From: Okamejei kenojei
Taxonomy: Eukaryota
Reading direction: 5' to 3'
NCBI GenBank assembly: GCA_035221665.1
Contig: CM069149.1
Location: 11,842,001 to 11,906,000, forward strand
Length of the DNA: 64,000 bases
In this document: one piece after another, positions 1 to 14,160 of the stretch
How the letters are laid out: the number at the start of each line of letters is the position of its first letter
How positions within the stretch are numbered: position 1 is the stretch's first letter
Notes under the pieces: generated by a model
The model's database searches: none
Told to the model about the DNA's origin: nothing
Seen by the model: only the letters and a program-made list of their open reading frames with translations
Program-made: the position numbers and the translations under genes

Positions 1-1554
1 GCTACTGGTTGCCAGAGGATGCTTGCTGTCTGACAGAACAGTTGCTAAAGGCTTCCAGGACGCACACTCTGAAGATGTATGTCAGGCTTTAAGTTGTCAG
101 AGGAAAGATGTCAACATCCCAAAGGCCAAGGAAAAATTCACAGGTTGTTATTGGATTGAAATGTGAAAATTATAACGTGACAATTAATTTACTAAAATTG
201 GCAGTGGTCTTCAACAGCCTCTCCTGCAGTTCAGTATCACATGGGTTGTGCTCTGACTTTCCCCTTAGCTGCCTCCTCTGATTGATGAATTTATTGCCAA
301 AAATGACCCTCAAATCATTCACCAATTCAGCTATACTCAGCAACTTACTTGCCCAGCAGACGGCTAGATTAACTTATAACTCAGGCGCTGAGCCCAAAAT
401 ACTTCTCAATTTGCTTAGGTATTTTACTCATTTTCAGGGGATGTTTGGTTGAATTATTAAATAACGCTTTAAATAACAATAAATAATTAAATTACTTTAT
501 CAAAGTGATGCATGACAAACCAAGGCCTGTTCTTTGCACAACATCCCTGTTCCAACAATAACTTCTGAAAATAATGTTTAATTTTGTATGCCTTCCAGAG
601 GCAGACTTGCACGGCCAAGACAGAACAAATACTGTAGATCACAAATAAGAATGTACGTCTTTCAGTATTTATTTCTGGGCTGAATAAAAGACCATCAGTT
701 TTTTCATGCTGTGTGATTAAATCTTGAAGGAAAATTTCAACTGCACAAGGTGAATAAAACTTGTATATCTGTCTGTTATAAAGATAACCGTATATTAATC
801 ATAATACACAGTGAAATATTCATGTTTTTCCAGGCATAATTAGCCTGATTTATGGTTGTTTAAGGATCTGCTGTGAAGATAATCCATCAAATACAGAAAC
901 GAGGCTGAGTAAACATTTTTGACCATCATTTTCTTACGTTTACTTGTTACATCTGTTTATGAGTATAAACATTAATGAATTTTCTTGGTCCAGTATTATA
1001 CTATAAACTAAAATGCTGCAATTATTTTTTAAAGATTTGCTTAACAGGCTTTCAGATATGTTATTAAAGGTAACCCATATTTAAAAGGTCAGAAGTGTGT
1101 GCATATCCTTTAAATAAATTCAGTACAAATCAGAACTGAATGTTGCAACAGTAAATTACATTTTGTTACACTGTTAATCCAAGTCAGTTAATGATTATTT
1201 CAGGTTGCAAGGACAGGGATCTACGCAAAGCTATTAACAAGGTCCACTAAATATAGTGTACAGAGGAAATTAATCCAACAGATATCCTGCAGGATGCACA
1301 TACTTTAAACCCGTACAAGCATTGATGTTGGAGTAATTAGATTTTGTAATTGGATGGTTGAAATATTTTTACTTGAGGAAAGAAAGTAAAACTTGAATAT
1401 ATATACCACTTTTAACGATTGGAGAACATCACAAAGCACTCCAGAGCTTATAAAAAACTTTTAAGTTATCGCAGTGTTGGTAGCATTGTAAAGCCTGTTT
1501 GCATATATTCAGGGAATTTTGCTGAAATTGCAAAGAGCTGCAGTCTGATAGTCA

Positions 1555-3054
1555 TCTATCTCTCTTTCTATCTCTATCTCTCCATCTCTCTATCTCTGTC
1601 TCTATCTCTATCCCTATCTATACATAATTAAAACTTTGATCTTATTATCTTCCGGTTTGGCGGTCTTTCTATTTGCGCAAAGACGGTTCTCCATAGTGCT
1701 ACGATTTTCACTCACCGTTCTCCTGGGCTGCAAGTGCACCAAGTTTTGTTCCGATCGGTTAAACGTCGTAAAAGCTAGCAAGGTTTAAAAATCTTTTAAA
1801 AAACGCACGTGCGCCGATCGATCTCTTCTCCTGCCAGTCGGCGCCGTGCGGATTAGTCTCTTCCCCGTCACTCCCCGAGATGGTCCATCCCTTCCTGCGC
1901 CATCGCGTCTTTACTGGAGCTGAGGGTGGCCGGCGGAGGTATCCAACCGGACTTTCGGAGGGACCCGAAGCAGTCCAGCCCAAACCGCACAGCGCAGTCC
2001 ATCCCCAAGCATCGCAGTCCTGCCCCAAGCAGCAGCCCAGCGTCGGAGACCCGACCCAGCCCAGCCCAGCGTCGGAGACCCGACCCAGCCCAGCCCAGCG
2101 TCGGTGACCCAGCCCAGCCCGGAGTTGGAGATGTCGCCAAACAGAAAGCGGAGACACTGATCCCGCCGGAGAACAACTAGCGCCCGCTGTGAGTCCCCAT
2201 CGCACCGCCAATTCCAGCCACTACCCCTCTGCTCCCCCTCGCTGGCTCCTCCCCCTCCCCCATAATGCCCCCCTCTCCCCCATGGCTCTTCGCCGTCTTT
2301 TCTCCGAACTCACTCCCCCCTTGCCCACACACTCCTCTCCCCCACACAACCCTCCCCCCTACCCACACATGCCTCCCCCCCACAAGCCCCCATGCCCGCA
2401 CACACCCAGCACACATACACCCACCCCTTGGCCACACACACACACCCCCCGCCCTCAAAAACACCTCCCCCCCAAAAAACCACCCCACACACCCTCCTGC
2501 CCACACCCCCCTCCCAGACAACCCCCCCCGGCTCACACACCCCTCTCCCCCAAACTCCTCTGCCCGCACCCCCTCTGCCCACACACACACCCCCCCACGC
2601 ACACCTCCCTCCCCCCCACACACCTCCCTCCCCCCCCCCACATATTCTCCCCCACACACCCCGCTCCCACATCCCCCCTCCCCATCCCACACCCCTTCCA
2701 CACACATAGACACCTCACCCCTCCCCCACACCACCCTCTCCTACAACTCCCTTTCGACACACACCCCTCCTCCCCTCCCACCCCACACACCCTGCCACAC
2801 ACCCCATTTCCCTTGCCCCTCCCACACATGAAGAGGCGGGGGAGGGAGTGCTTGGGGATGAGGGGAAATGAGCCATGCCTCCACAGTTAAGGGCTATGCG
2901 TGAGTGGTGGAATATTGGGGGAAAGGGGGGAACGCGTTGGGGGAGCGGCTTGCGTTCGAACGGGTGAGTGGTGGAATATTGCGTTGAGGAATGGGCTGCG
3001 TTGGGGGACCAGGCCTCCTGTGTGATGGGACCCAACGGGTCCCACTTAGTCTAG
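1555..3054 (+). mobile_element. non-autonomous Helitron, apparently full length
   Basis: Starts A|TC with a (TCTA)-like microsatellite and ends with hairpin TGGGACCC-AAC-GGGTCCCA (3026-3044) followed by CTAG|T (3051-3055). No TSD. A second copy lies at ~7860. Confidence 0.8.
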
Positions 3055-6000
3055 TATATTCTACAAATCATAAACTTGAACCAACATCTAAGATTCCCTG
3101 TGGGCCAACTCTGGGTATATATTGGTCCAACAATATGACCCATACACTGAAAATGATAGCAAAGTGATATATTGAAGGGGAGGTGGTTGCGATGGCACTC
3201 AACATTGTTTAAAGGCTTTATATAGCCTCATGGTGTAAGATTAGACATGGCGAAGGAAAATGTTTCTTTCAGCTATAGATGCAATACTTGAAAAAGGCAT
3301 TAAACATAGGCACAGAAATACTGCCAGTGGCAACTTCAATATTTACCAGTGGCTTGGCAGCACTACTGCTGGCAAAGCTAACGAACTGTTGCTCGCTTCC
3401 AACTGAAATCAATAAAAGACTGAACATCAACTCATCAAGAGCTCTGAAAACTTGTACTACAGCACAAGCCATGCATTTAATCAGCACCATTATAACATGT
3501 AACCAACCGATAAAAATGTGGGTAAATGCCTGCGTACATTAAAAGTCTGGAAATCCAAGTGGCCAGTTTTGCCACCATCAGCCCTCTTAACCACCAATAG
3601 ACAGTTAACAAGCAAAGCTTACAAATATTTTTCAGACTTCCTGGCAGAAGTTTGGCTTCCACCCCATTTACTTAGCTCCAAACTCCTTTACAGTTTTGGT
3701 CTACATACAGGCAAAGCTAAGAATTTCTCAATTGGTATCAAGTCTGTATTTGAATGAACTGTAAGGAACCAAGTAAAAGAAAAGTACAGGTAGCAGGAAA
3801 AATATTGTGTGTGACAAATCATTTTGCCCCAGGACATTGCTGGAGGAATTCTCCAGGACCTGGTCATGACCTAGACTGAGTTGACGCTTATCAACAATTT
3901 GGGATGGAAAATAAAAGCCAATATTGTCAGCAATAACCATATCCCATAAACAAAGTAATGCACATGCCAAATCTGCATAAATTATCACCAGTAGTGACAC
4001 AAGCGACTGCAGATGCAGGAATCCGGAGCAAAAACAAACTTCTGGAGGAGCACAGCATCTGTGGGTAAGGGGAATAGTCAGCATTTCAGCTCAAGACTGA
4101 GAGTGATTTGGACTGATCTTCCAGCTGATGAGGGGGTCACAACCCAAAACACCACCAATTCTTTTTAACTGCCTCCCAAGATATTGCTGGGCCCATTAGG
4201 TTACTCTAACAGCATTGTGATAATGATCAAGTAATCAGAGGCTAAGTATTCTGTACCAGCCACCTAATTTTCACACTCCCAAACACATTCTTATCATCCA
4301 CATAGAAGAAGTCAGGAGGAGGTTGGAATACGTTCACTTGCCTGAATGAGTGCAGATTCACTAATACTGAGCTATCTTTGATTGGAATGTACTGGATTTT
4401 AGCCTGCACAATGTTATATTCGTCATCCTCTATCTGTACACTGTGGATGACTTGATTGTAATCATGAATAGCCTTTTCGTTGAAATGAAATAGCATGCAA
4501 CAAAAATCATTTCTCTTTACCTCGGTACATGTAATAATATTAAACTATGAATGTTTTAAGGGTCAACTATAACGCAGCATGCTATTGGCAAATACAGAGC
4601 ATGGAAGGCTGAGGGGAGCAAGCTGGACATGTCAACCTCAAGATCATTCAGGTATCAAAAGAATTAGATGTTAGATTGGGTAGAGCAAATTCATTATAAA
4701 GCAAATGATCTAAGGCTCAGTACTAAAATAGGGGCCCTCATTAGCTACCCTCTAATCTTCTGGCACCTCATGTGTGTCTAATGGCCATCATAGCCAGGGC
4801 TCCTGCAAATTCTTATCTGCCTCATACATTGTCCTTGGATCAAGCCTGGGAGATATATCTACCTTCATATATTTGAGGACATCGAGCACCTCCTCAGCTG
4901 TATACAGAGTGTCCACAAGTCATCGCCATTCATTTTTGCCAAGTTCCCTTGTCTTCACGTCAAGAAGATGGTTCAGGCTGGGTATCAAAACAAGTGAGCC
5001 TTTGAATTCCATTTGGGTTCATATTGACCACAGTCAAGTCAGGCTTAATTTTATACCCAAATAAATCTACCTCCAGATATGTACAACATTTAAAAATAAT
5101 TTTGGAATGCTAGATGCAGGGTTCTTATCAGTGAACCACTGATGCTTTGCAGTTCTCAGCTTATATTACTTTTACCAGTGTGTTTTATAGTTTTTGAAAA
5201 GATCAGCTTCAATCAGAAGCTTTGGCATTGAATTTCAAAATGAGGTTAAATCGATATGAATACTTTTATCCTTTTCTGACTCAAAGGTCATTGCTATCGG
5301 ACAAAGGAGGACGGGAAGGTTAGCTTTTCACTAATGGAGCAGGGATTTCTCATTAAAAATGTAGCACATTAAAGTAGCTCATAAGTGTGTAGTTGGCTCT
5401 GAAATCAGCATTGATTTGTTGGAGTCACTAGTAATTTTAAGAGCTATAGTAAGGGTTATTTAATCCCATTTTATTTTCCTAACATTTTCATCAGCTCCCC
5501 TCCAAGTTCTACCACTCACCTACATATTGGTGGGAAGGGTGGGGGTGGGGGGAGGGGTTACAATGACCATTTAGTCTACTGACCTGTACACCTTTAGGAT
5601 GTGAAGGGAAACCTGAAAACCCAGAGGAAACCCACACCATCACAGGGAGTATGTGAAAACTCCAGACGGACTGCAAGAAATTAGGCTCAAGCCCAAGTTC
5701 TTGGGGCTTCATTAGCTGTGCACTAAATTGCCAAAGGAGATTTTAACCAAACTCTGATTTTCAAAGTTATCAGCGCACATTATTCAAAGTGACTACTATG
5801 TGTTTATGTAAAGGCATGGTGCTGTGAGACCACCATAATGGCTAAAGCTACAGTTTAATGTCTGAAGAAATTGTTGTGACAGATTTTCAAGTTTATCTAC
5901 CATTATAGACACTATATTATTTTTATGGCAGACAAAAAAGCTGGAGATACTCAGCAGGTGAGGCAGCATCTATGGAGCGAAGGAATAGGCGACGTTTGGG

Positions 6001-6339
6001 TCAAGACCCTTATTCAGACTGATTAAACTATAATTTTTAAGGTCGTTGGCAGTAGCTAGAAAAATAAAAGCAGTGACATTAATTGGAACCTGTGAGTATC
6101 TAATATAGTAACGTAGACCTTCATTAATGGTTTATGAAGTGGATATGCTACTAAGTGGATGGAGCCAAGTATTTTGATCATCCCCACAGAATATCAGTGC
6201 AGCTTTCCTGACAACCAGGGATGACATTATGCACAGAATCATTGATGTAGAAGATTAAAAGGTTGCCAAGGTGCAATTAGTCATCAGTACTAGTTTCCAG
6301 ATATCTGTGGTCATCACAAAGTGTTACCCATCAATTAGT

Positions 6340-6540
6340 GGGTCTCCTCCATTGTCAGAGTGAGGCGAAACGCAAATTGGAGGAATAGCATCTCATATTT
6401 CACTTGGGCAGTTTACAACCCAGTGGTATGAAATTGATTTCTCTAAGTTCAGGTTGCCCTGGCATCCCCTCTCTCTCAATCCCTAGTCTCACTAGCTTGT
6501 TTGTCTTAATTTAAAGCAGCATCTGCAGTTCCTTCCTACA
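6340..6540 (+). mobile_element. Penelope-like element fragment (C-terminal GIY-YIG endonuclease region plus tail)
   Basis: Translates to GLLHCQSEAKRKLEE*HLIFHLGSLQPSGM, resembling PLE endonuclease C-termini; followed by the cagcatctgcagttcc tail. Confidence 0.7.
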
Positions 6541-7329
6541 TAATCAGTTACACATTCAAGTGGCCATTTTTACACGGTTCCATTGTACTGCACTGCTGGT
6601 CATGGAGGTGCATGGCAGTTACACTCACACTCACCTCACCAAGTCTTCAAGCATATGTTCACATTAGCAAAACCCTATTGGAATGGTTCATGGTCAGTTG
6701 TGATGCAGAATGCAGGACATATATCTTGTTGACATCTTTGATTTTTTTTACTTTGTAAAATGGAGAAATGCAATGCCATCCAACAACAGTCTGCAATTAT
6801 CATTGCTGTGGAATTCGAAAAAAGATAATAGCTTTAGCCATTATCTATACAACAGTCACATTCTATGCATGTGTCATAGTTCCACTTATGATTAAGGCTA
6901 TCATTGTGCTGAAGAAGGTGGAAATCAATTTTTTAAAAGTAATTTAGTAATGAAATAATCCTCAACCTGCCAGTGAAGTCTTGTCTTAAACAGGGGATGA
7001 TAGAGCAGTCCACTGTTAATGTCTACATGTAGAGCAACTGTCGATTTGACCTGGAATCTCCAATATTAATACATATTTGTCCAGTCTCCATCTCCAATCC
7101 TTCACAGCTGTAGGTGTATATCACACAAGCACACTATTCTGTTGACCCAAAACCAGAAACTGCCCATTATTGCCCTGCTGAGTATTTCCAGCACATGTTA
7201 TAAGCAATGCCATTGTTGCAGCAGTATAATGTTATGGCTGGGGATATAACAGTGAGCATGCTTAGCTGGAGCCGACTGACAAATGTGCCTTAGGATCAAC
7301 ATTAAAATCCTCAGGTGGCTTCTAAAGCT

Positions 7330-7510
7330 ACCTCACCTATATCCACCTATCACTTGCCAGACTTTATCCCACCCCCACCTCTCTTCCAGCTTTCTCCACC
7401 ACCTCTCCTACAACCAGTCTGAAGAAGGGTGCCAAACCGAAATGGCATCCATCCATGACCTCCAGAGATGCTGCCTGACCCACTGAGTTAACCCGGCACT
7501 TTGTATCTAT
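7330..7510 (+). mobile_element. Penelope-like 3' tail
   Basis: cagtctgaagaaggg...ccgaaa...ccagagatgctgcctgacccactgag motif shared with many copies in the window. Confidence 0.7.
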
Positions 7511-7859
7511 TTACATCTTGGATTTGCCCTGGTTGCAGACCACTTGCAAGGCTGAATTGTTATTCTTTCTGGACAAAATATAAGCATCTCCAGATACTTA
7601 TCTCAAGAATAGCATCATAACATATCGTTTTCTAATACATCAAGGGGTAGGGGAGCATTTTGTGGGGTTAGATTGTTGGATTGTTTAAGGAAGACATTAC
7701 CTTACTTGCTCACAGCCAGATTGTGGGTATATTGCGAGCAGAAGGTAGATTTAAATTTCTGTTTACTGAATAGCCCTAAATCAACTGATGACAATGGAGA
7801 GTGAAGCACCAAGGGGAAGCAGCAATTCACTTGCATTTCTTCCAATCTAGTGTATTGCA

Positions 7860-8755
7860 TCTTCTGTCTGTCTCTGTCTATCATCTATGTATCTTCTATC
7901 TATCTATATCTATTTTCTATCTATATTTATACATAACTAAAACTCTGATCTTGTTATCTTCCGGTTTGGCGGTCTTTCTATTTGCGCAAAAACGGTTCAC
8001 GATAGCGCCACGATTTTTCACTAGATCACTCACCGTTCTCCTGGGCTGCGAGTGTGCCAAGTTTCGTTCCGATAGGTTGAATGTTCTAAAAGTTAGTGAG
8101 GTTTAAAAATCTTAAAAACCGCGCGTGCGCAGATCAATCTCTTCTGCCAGTCAGCGCCACATTGATTAGTCACTCCCCAGGATAGTCCGCCCCTTCCTGC
8201 GCCATTGCTTCTTTATTGGAGCTGAGGGTGGCCGGCGGAGGTTTCCAACCGGTCTTTCGGAGGGACCCGAAGCAGCCCAACCCAAGCAGCAGCCCAGCCC
8301 GAAGCAGCAGCCCAGCGTCGGAGACCCGACCCAGCCCAGTCCAGCCCAGCGTGGGAGACTCAGCCCAGCCTGGAGTCGCCGATGTCGCCAAACAGAAAGG
8401 GGAGACTCTGATCCTGGCAGAGGAGAACGACCAGCACCCGCTGTGAGTCTCTATCGCACCGCCAATTCCAGCCACTACCCCTCTGGTCCCCCCCTTGCTG
8501 GTTCCTCCCCGTGATGCCCCCCTCTCCCCTATGGCTCTTCGCCGTCTTTTCTCCAAGCTCACTCCCCCCTGCCCACACACCCCTCTACCCCCCGCCCACA
8601 TACACTCCCCCACACACACACACTCCCACACACACCCCGCACACACACACACCACGCCACCCACACACACCCCTGCTCACACCCACACAACCACTCCCCA
8701 CCCACACGACAACCGCCCCTCCCCCCCACACCCCCTGCCCCCACAACCCCCCTCC
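7860..8755 (+). mobile_element. second copy of the same Helitron family, 3'-truncated
   Basis: Colinear and highly similar to ~1555-2500 (TACATAA.TAAAACT.TGATCTT.TTATCTTCCGGTTTGGCGG...). Lacks the hairpin/CTAG end. Confidence 0.8.
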
Positions 8756-9317
8756 TCGCTCACATATTTTATTTCTTCACTGTTTTTATGAGTAACACAA
8801 ATATATTGGTATGTATTTATACACATCATTGACAGGGCAAGGATTTTCACACCCTTTCTCCACTGTGGTCTCTGCAGTTGCAACTTTACATGTTGCTCCA
8901 ACCCGTGCTGCTGTTATTCTTCAGTTCAACATTCAGTTCCCATTTTCACTCTTTAATTTTCTGATTATTTTTAAAGGACAAAGAAATTCCACTCACTAGA
9001 TACCAATCAACTATTGGGATTGTAGAGCGGGGAGGAAGTAAGTTTGTGATGCAGTTTACATTCACCCCTCATTCTAACTTTATTCTTGGGGATTAATGTG
9101 TGATTGGCTCTAGGCTACTTTACTTTTTTTCCCTCCTCAGTGTAAGAGAAAGAGATATGTAATATAGATTTATATTGCAGATTCCAGCATCTCGTCTTTG
9201 ATGCCTCTTTGCGATAGGTTTTCTTATCTTGATGTATTTTTAATTCACTTTGTTTGTGATTCTTGTTTGTTATTTGTTTCTGGTGTACTTAATATGACCT
9301 TCATTGTGTTTTTCCTT

Positions 9318-9940
9318 AAGGGCCTGTCCCACTGCGGGGACCTAATTTGTGAGTTTAGAAGAGTGAGTTCAAACTCGCAGCATGGTCGACATGTGGTCCT
9401 AGGAGGTCCTATGTAACTCTCCTTCATGCTCGAGAGAAGTTCCCGCATACTCGCGGCCTCAGTTTGGTCGAGGTGTATTTTTTAGCATGCTGAAAATTGT
9501 CCGTGAGATAAATTGGTCAGCATGGAAAAACATTTTTTTTACTCGTAGGTTTCGTCGAAGTAGGTCGTAGTAGGTCGGCATGTTATTCATAGGTAATCAA
9601 AGGTAATCGAAGGTAGTCAAAGGTAGTCATAGATGGTGTCAGTATAGTTGAAGGTGGTCATGTTTACCCTCCACTATTGTATCCAATTTTCCAGAGAGCA
9701 TCGGCGAGTAAATCGTAGATAGTCGAAGCTAGTCTTCAACATAGTCGAAGGAGGTTGAAGGAGATTGAAAGAGGTCTTCTACATGGTCATAGGAGGTCTT
9801 CTACATATTCGTAGGAGGTTCTCTACATAGTCTAAGGAGGTCGTAGGAGGTGTTCTACTTCGGCGATACAACTAGACCATGACACTATACTTGACCCTAC
9901 TAAACTCGCAAATTATGTCCCCACAGTGGGACAGGCCCTT
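9318..9940. mobile_element. MITE with ~40-bp TIRs, PIF/Harbinger-like
   Basis: AAGGGCCTGTCCCACTGCGGGGACCTAATTTGTGAGTTTAG...CTAAACTCGCAAATTATGTCCCCACAGTGGGACAGGCCCTT; TA/TTA context; internal GGTCGTAG/GTCGAAG-like short repeats. The superfamily is inferred. Confidence 0.75.
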
Positions 9941-11139
9941 ACTTTGAAATGATTGTTAGGATATCAGAAACCACTCTTGGATTTGCCATGACAATGATTA
10001 TCACCACTGAAATAGACTTTCTTAGTTACCATCGATTTGCTGATTGTAGTGTGTTATTTTCTTTTCTAAACTTTATTTTTGACATGTTTTTTGCAAGGTT
10101 GTATTGCACTTTGCTGTAGTGGCTTGTATTTGTAAGTTGTGAAATGGACACGTTTTATTTTAAAGGAACACCATTATGCTCCTGTTTCAACCACTATTGC
10201 TGTCAGGGGAAATAAATGTTCAAAATAAAATAGAGAAAACAAGCTGCCGGATTCAAGAGAATTCAACAAATGTGAACTTGAGGCTCGAAGGGGTATCTTT
10301 CTCAGTCTAGAATTTTGACTAAATTTGACATATACTCATTACGTACCCTATATTTTTGGATATGCAGAATGAAGATTTGGAGCAGTGAGACATTGACTTT
10401 ATGAACAAATGATGATCTAGAATAAAGCACTTAAATAATGGTAAAACGTGTATTTACAACCTGCTTATTATGTCATCGAGTGCAATACCTGCCACGGTGT
10501 CAATAAAATATAATAACAGCACTTTGGTTGACAAAACATTAGGGTTAAAGAGTGGCATACTGCAATCTGTACATTTATGTTATTTTTCAGTGCTGATATT
10601 TATGCTCTTTGGCAGAATGTCCATTAAATCTGAAATCTTTGGCAGAAGAATCTTCCAGATAAACACTGACATTTTATTACAGTAAAAAAGTACAGCTGTT
10701 GTAATTAGTTATTCTACAAGAGATGTTATTGAAAAGGACAAGAACATTTGCCTTCTTTAACTGTCAACTCGTTTTCTATTTTATCCCTATTGTTTATGGA
10801 AATGCTGCATAATTTAAAATATATTGTCAGCTAGCACTGTCTACATAATAACCCACAAAAGACACAAAGTGCTGGAATAACTCAGCGGTTCAGGCAGCAT
10901 CTCTGGAGATGCAAAACTGAAACATTGTCTGTCCTTGTTCTCCGGGGATACTGTCTGACCTGCTGTGTTACTCCAGCACTTTTTGGCTTTTTGTTTTGTT
11001 GCAAATCAGCATCTGCAGTTCCTTGTTTGACTGAGATGATGGTCAGATGAACAGCATTTATGTGGTTGTATCTTTGCTGAAGGAATACAAAAGTGGTTGA
11101 GAATGACTTGCATTTTAATTTGTGCATTCCCTCTGGCTA

Positions 11140-11765
11140 AACATTGGAAGTAAGGAAGGTGAATGCAGTGGTTGCATTTATTTTGAGAGGGCTACAATAC
11201 AAAAATAGGGATGTAATGCTGAGGCTTTATAAGACACTGGTTAGACTGCATTTGGAGTGAGCAGTTTTGGTCCCCATATCGGAGGAATGACATGTTGGCA
11301 TTGGAGAAGGTACAGAGGAAGTTTATGAGAATGATCCCAGGAATGATGGGATTAACATATGACGAGCGTTTGAAGGCATCGAGCCTGTACTGGCTGGAGT
11401 TTAGAAGGATGAGGGGTGACCTTATTGAAACTTACCGTTAAGTAAAAGGCCTGGATAGAGTGAATGTGATGAGGATGTTTCCACTAGTGGGAGAGTCCAG
11501 AACCAGAGGCCATAGCCTCAGAATAAAAGGACATACCTGTAGGAAGGAGATGAGGAGGAATTTCTTTAGTCAGAGGGCAGTGAATCCGTGGAATTCATTG
11601 CCACAGAAAACTGTGGAGGCCGTTAATTGACAGATTTGTGTTTAGTAAGGGTGTTAGGGGCGAAGGCAGGAGAACGGGGTTGAGGGAAAGATAGGTCAAC
11701 CATGATTGAATGGTGGAGTAGACTTCATGGATCGAATGGCCTTATTCTGCTCATAGAACTTATGA
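11140..11765 (+). mobile_element. CR1/HER1-type LINE 3' fragment
   Basis: Similar to the CR1 RT C-terminus (LEFRRMRGDLIETY) and 3' tail gaatggccttattctgctc. Confidence 0.85.
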
Positions 11766-13154
11766 AAAACGATGTCTGATTTTTTTTGAAAATTTGCTAT
11801 TTTAAAGCCAAGCAAAAACTATGCGGAGAAATACCTGTTAACTACTTCCCTAATATTCCATGCGTGAACGTGTTGGATCGCATGCCATTATACAATTCTG
11901 TTTATGTACCAATTATTGGTGTAGCACTGCCCTGCATTGCACTTCATTTATGTCTACAATTCTATGTAATAAGCTACAAAATGTATTCAGCTTTATCAAC
12001 AGAACTACTTGATAGACAGAGGCCATTGTTTCCCTTATTCACTGAGATCAAATTCACAATACAATCCATTGGCTACTCCAGTACACCTCCTAGTGGACAG
12101 TTAATGGACATATCTAGTGGAAAGGTTGAGAGGATCTTGTACCCTACGCTGTGGGGGTGAATTTACTTCAAGGAAATAGTAATATTAAAAAAGTTGAGTG
12201 GGTGACTAATGAGTGCATTAAACTTAATCATATCCATATAAATGACATATTTCTATGTATGCCTCTTGTCTGAGGGAGAACACCAGATATCTGCTTCATT
12301 GCAAATTTAAATCAATCATATAATTACCACGGATAACAGGAAATTACCACAAACCACTGGGGGTATAATACTCAACTAGAGGATAAAGGAGTATTTGTTT
12401 CCTTTGTTATTTCCTGTTGTTAGTATATCTCCTCCAATATTTTTAGATAGACTTGCAGTGCTTTGCGAAGCCTGACCTCAATTTGTTGGTTTTGACAAGA
12501 GCAGTTTCAATTTACATCAAAACTGAGTGGATTCCATTTAGTAGAATCACAAAGCTCTGCGGTGCAGATAGTAGGCCATTTGGCCCACTGAGTCCATGTT
12601 AACCAAGTAACATAGGTTATTATATGTCTCAGCTTTTTCGGCAGCCTTTCAGGCTACAGGTTTTCAAGTACTTATGCAGCTAGATTTTTACTCTGTCCAG
12701 GATTTCTGCCTCTGTGGTCCTTTCATGCAGTGAGTTCTGGACTCTCACTGTTCTTTGAATAAAAATGAGGGAGCTAGTTGTAGGGAGAGGGTAGTGGCAG
12801 AATTTAAGGCTGAAATAGATAAGATTTCTCATGAGTAAGAAGATCAATGTAAGAATTTAATCAATGTAAAGACAACAAAGGTAGGAAGGTAGACCTGATA
12901 ATGTCAGATCAGACACATTCCTATTTAATGGTGGAGCAGGCTTGAGGGACTCATGGGCCTCCTCCTGTCCCTACTTTTTATGGCCTGAACTTCCCTCTAA
13001 TCTATCCACCCAGTTAAACCTGCCCTCCCTAGTTATTGATCAGTTATGAAAGAAAAGCCCCTTCCTCCATCTATTTAGGCTTCCTAATTTGCTCTCATTG
13101 ATCTCATGCTCGAAGCTCCATGCAGTGGACATTCGGACACTATGCCAGATTAAG

Positions 13155-13350
13155 TGTATAGGAAAGAACTGCAGATGCTGGTTTAAATCGAAGCTAGACA
13201 CAAAATGCTGGAGTAACTCTGCGATACAAGCAGCGTCTCTGGAGCGAACGAATGGGTGACGTTTTGTGTAGAGACCCTTCTTCAGACTGACCCTTCTTCA
13301 CCAGTCTGAAGAAGGGTCTCGACCCAAAACGTCACCCATTCCTTCTCTTG
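13155..13350. mobile_element. Penelope-derived fold-back element
   Basis: Inverted arms around cccttcttcagactg/cagtctgaagaaggg. Confidence 0.8.
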
Positions 13351-13734
13351 ATAGATTACTCAGACACTGTAGATTGCCCCCAAAGGTGTAGGAGTGATAG
13401 AATCTGAGGGAGGTTAAGACAATGCAGCAAGAATTAAACATGGGATTTAAGTGGGATTAGAGTAAAATAGATAATTCCATGCTGTGTTTCTTGTGACTAC
13501 CCCAAGCAGATACAATAGTGGTGTTAAAGAGGCAGTTAGAAAGAGATGTAGCAATGCATGAATTGGAGGGAGAGCATAAACAGAAAGGATCATGTTCGGT
13601 ACCGACATAGTGGGCTGAAGGGCCTGTTCCTGTGCTGTACTGTTTTATATCCTGTCCAGTACTGCGTACAAAATCGTTGTTTCATTGATTATCCGACCTT
13701 CAGGGGTTTTATCTCAGTGACATTGGTAGTGGCA

Positions 13735-13890
13735 GAAAGTTAGATAGAGCTCTTAAAGATAACGGAGTCGGGGGATATGGGGAGAAGGTAGGGACAGGGT
13801 ACTGATTGTGGATGATCAGCCATGATATCCGTGAATGGCTGTGCTGGCTCGAAGGGCCGAATGGCATACTCCTGCACCTATTGTCTATCA
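13735..13890 (+). mobile_element. CR1/HER1 3' tail
   Basis: ggctcgaagggccgaatggc..actcctgcacctattgtcta, shared with other CR1 ends in the window. Confidence 0.8.
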
Positions 13891-14143
13891 AAAGATTTTG
13901 AATCTGAGATGATGAAAATAATTTATATGGTCACCTGCAGTGGTTGTTATATGAGAATTTTAGGGAACAGAATATTCTGTGGTAGATAATTATAATTATA
14001 ATAATACGAGAACTTACATCTAGTGAGAAAAAATTGCCAGGGGTGGCTAACCATTAGATAGAATGTTAATGGATGCTGATGAAATCAGTGAATGGATATC
14101 TCCTGTGTGATCGTGAGCTTAATATGACAACTGGGAGAGAGCA

Positions 14144-14160
14144 CCGCCACTAGAGGGCAA
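14144..14160 (+). promoter_or_regulatory. candidate CTCF site
   Basis: CCGCCACTAGAGGGCA closely fits the CTCF core consensus CCASYAGRKGGC; ~2.8 kb upstream of the ATG. Confidence 0.6.

Noticed and set aside
2-166. Short open frame at the window start as an exon of an upstream gene
   Set aside because: The translation is not recognisable and I found no convincing splice context.
2031-2120. Palindromic 29-bp repeats as a CRISPR-like array
   Set aside because: The units are directly tandem with no unique spacers, in eukaryotic DNA inside a transposon.
1759-2890. Long overlapping Pro/His- and Gly-rich ORFs (also 8170-8795)
   Set aside because: They arise from the GC-rich, low-complexity interior of the Helitron; they are open on both strands and show no protein-like signature.
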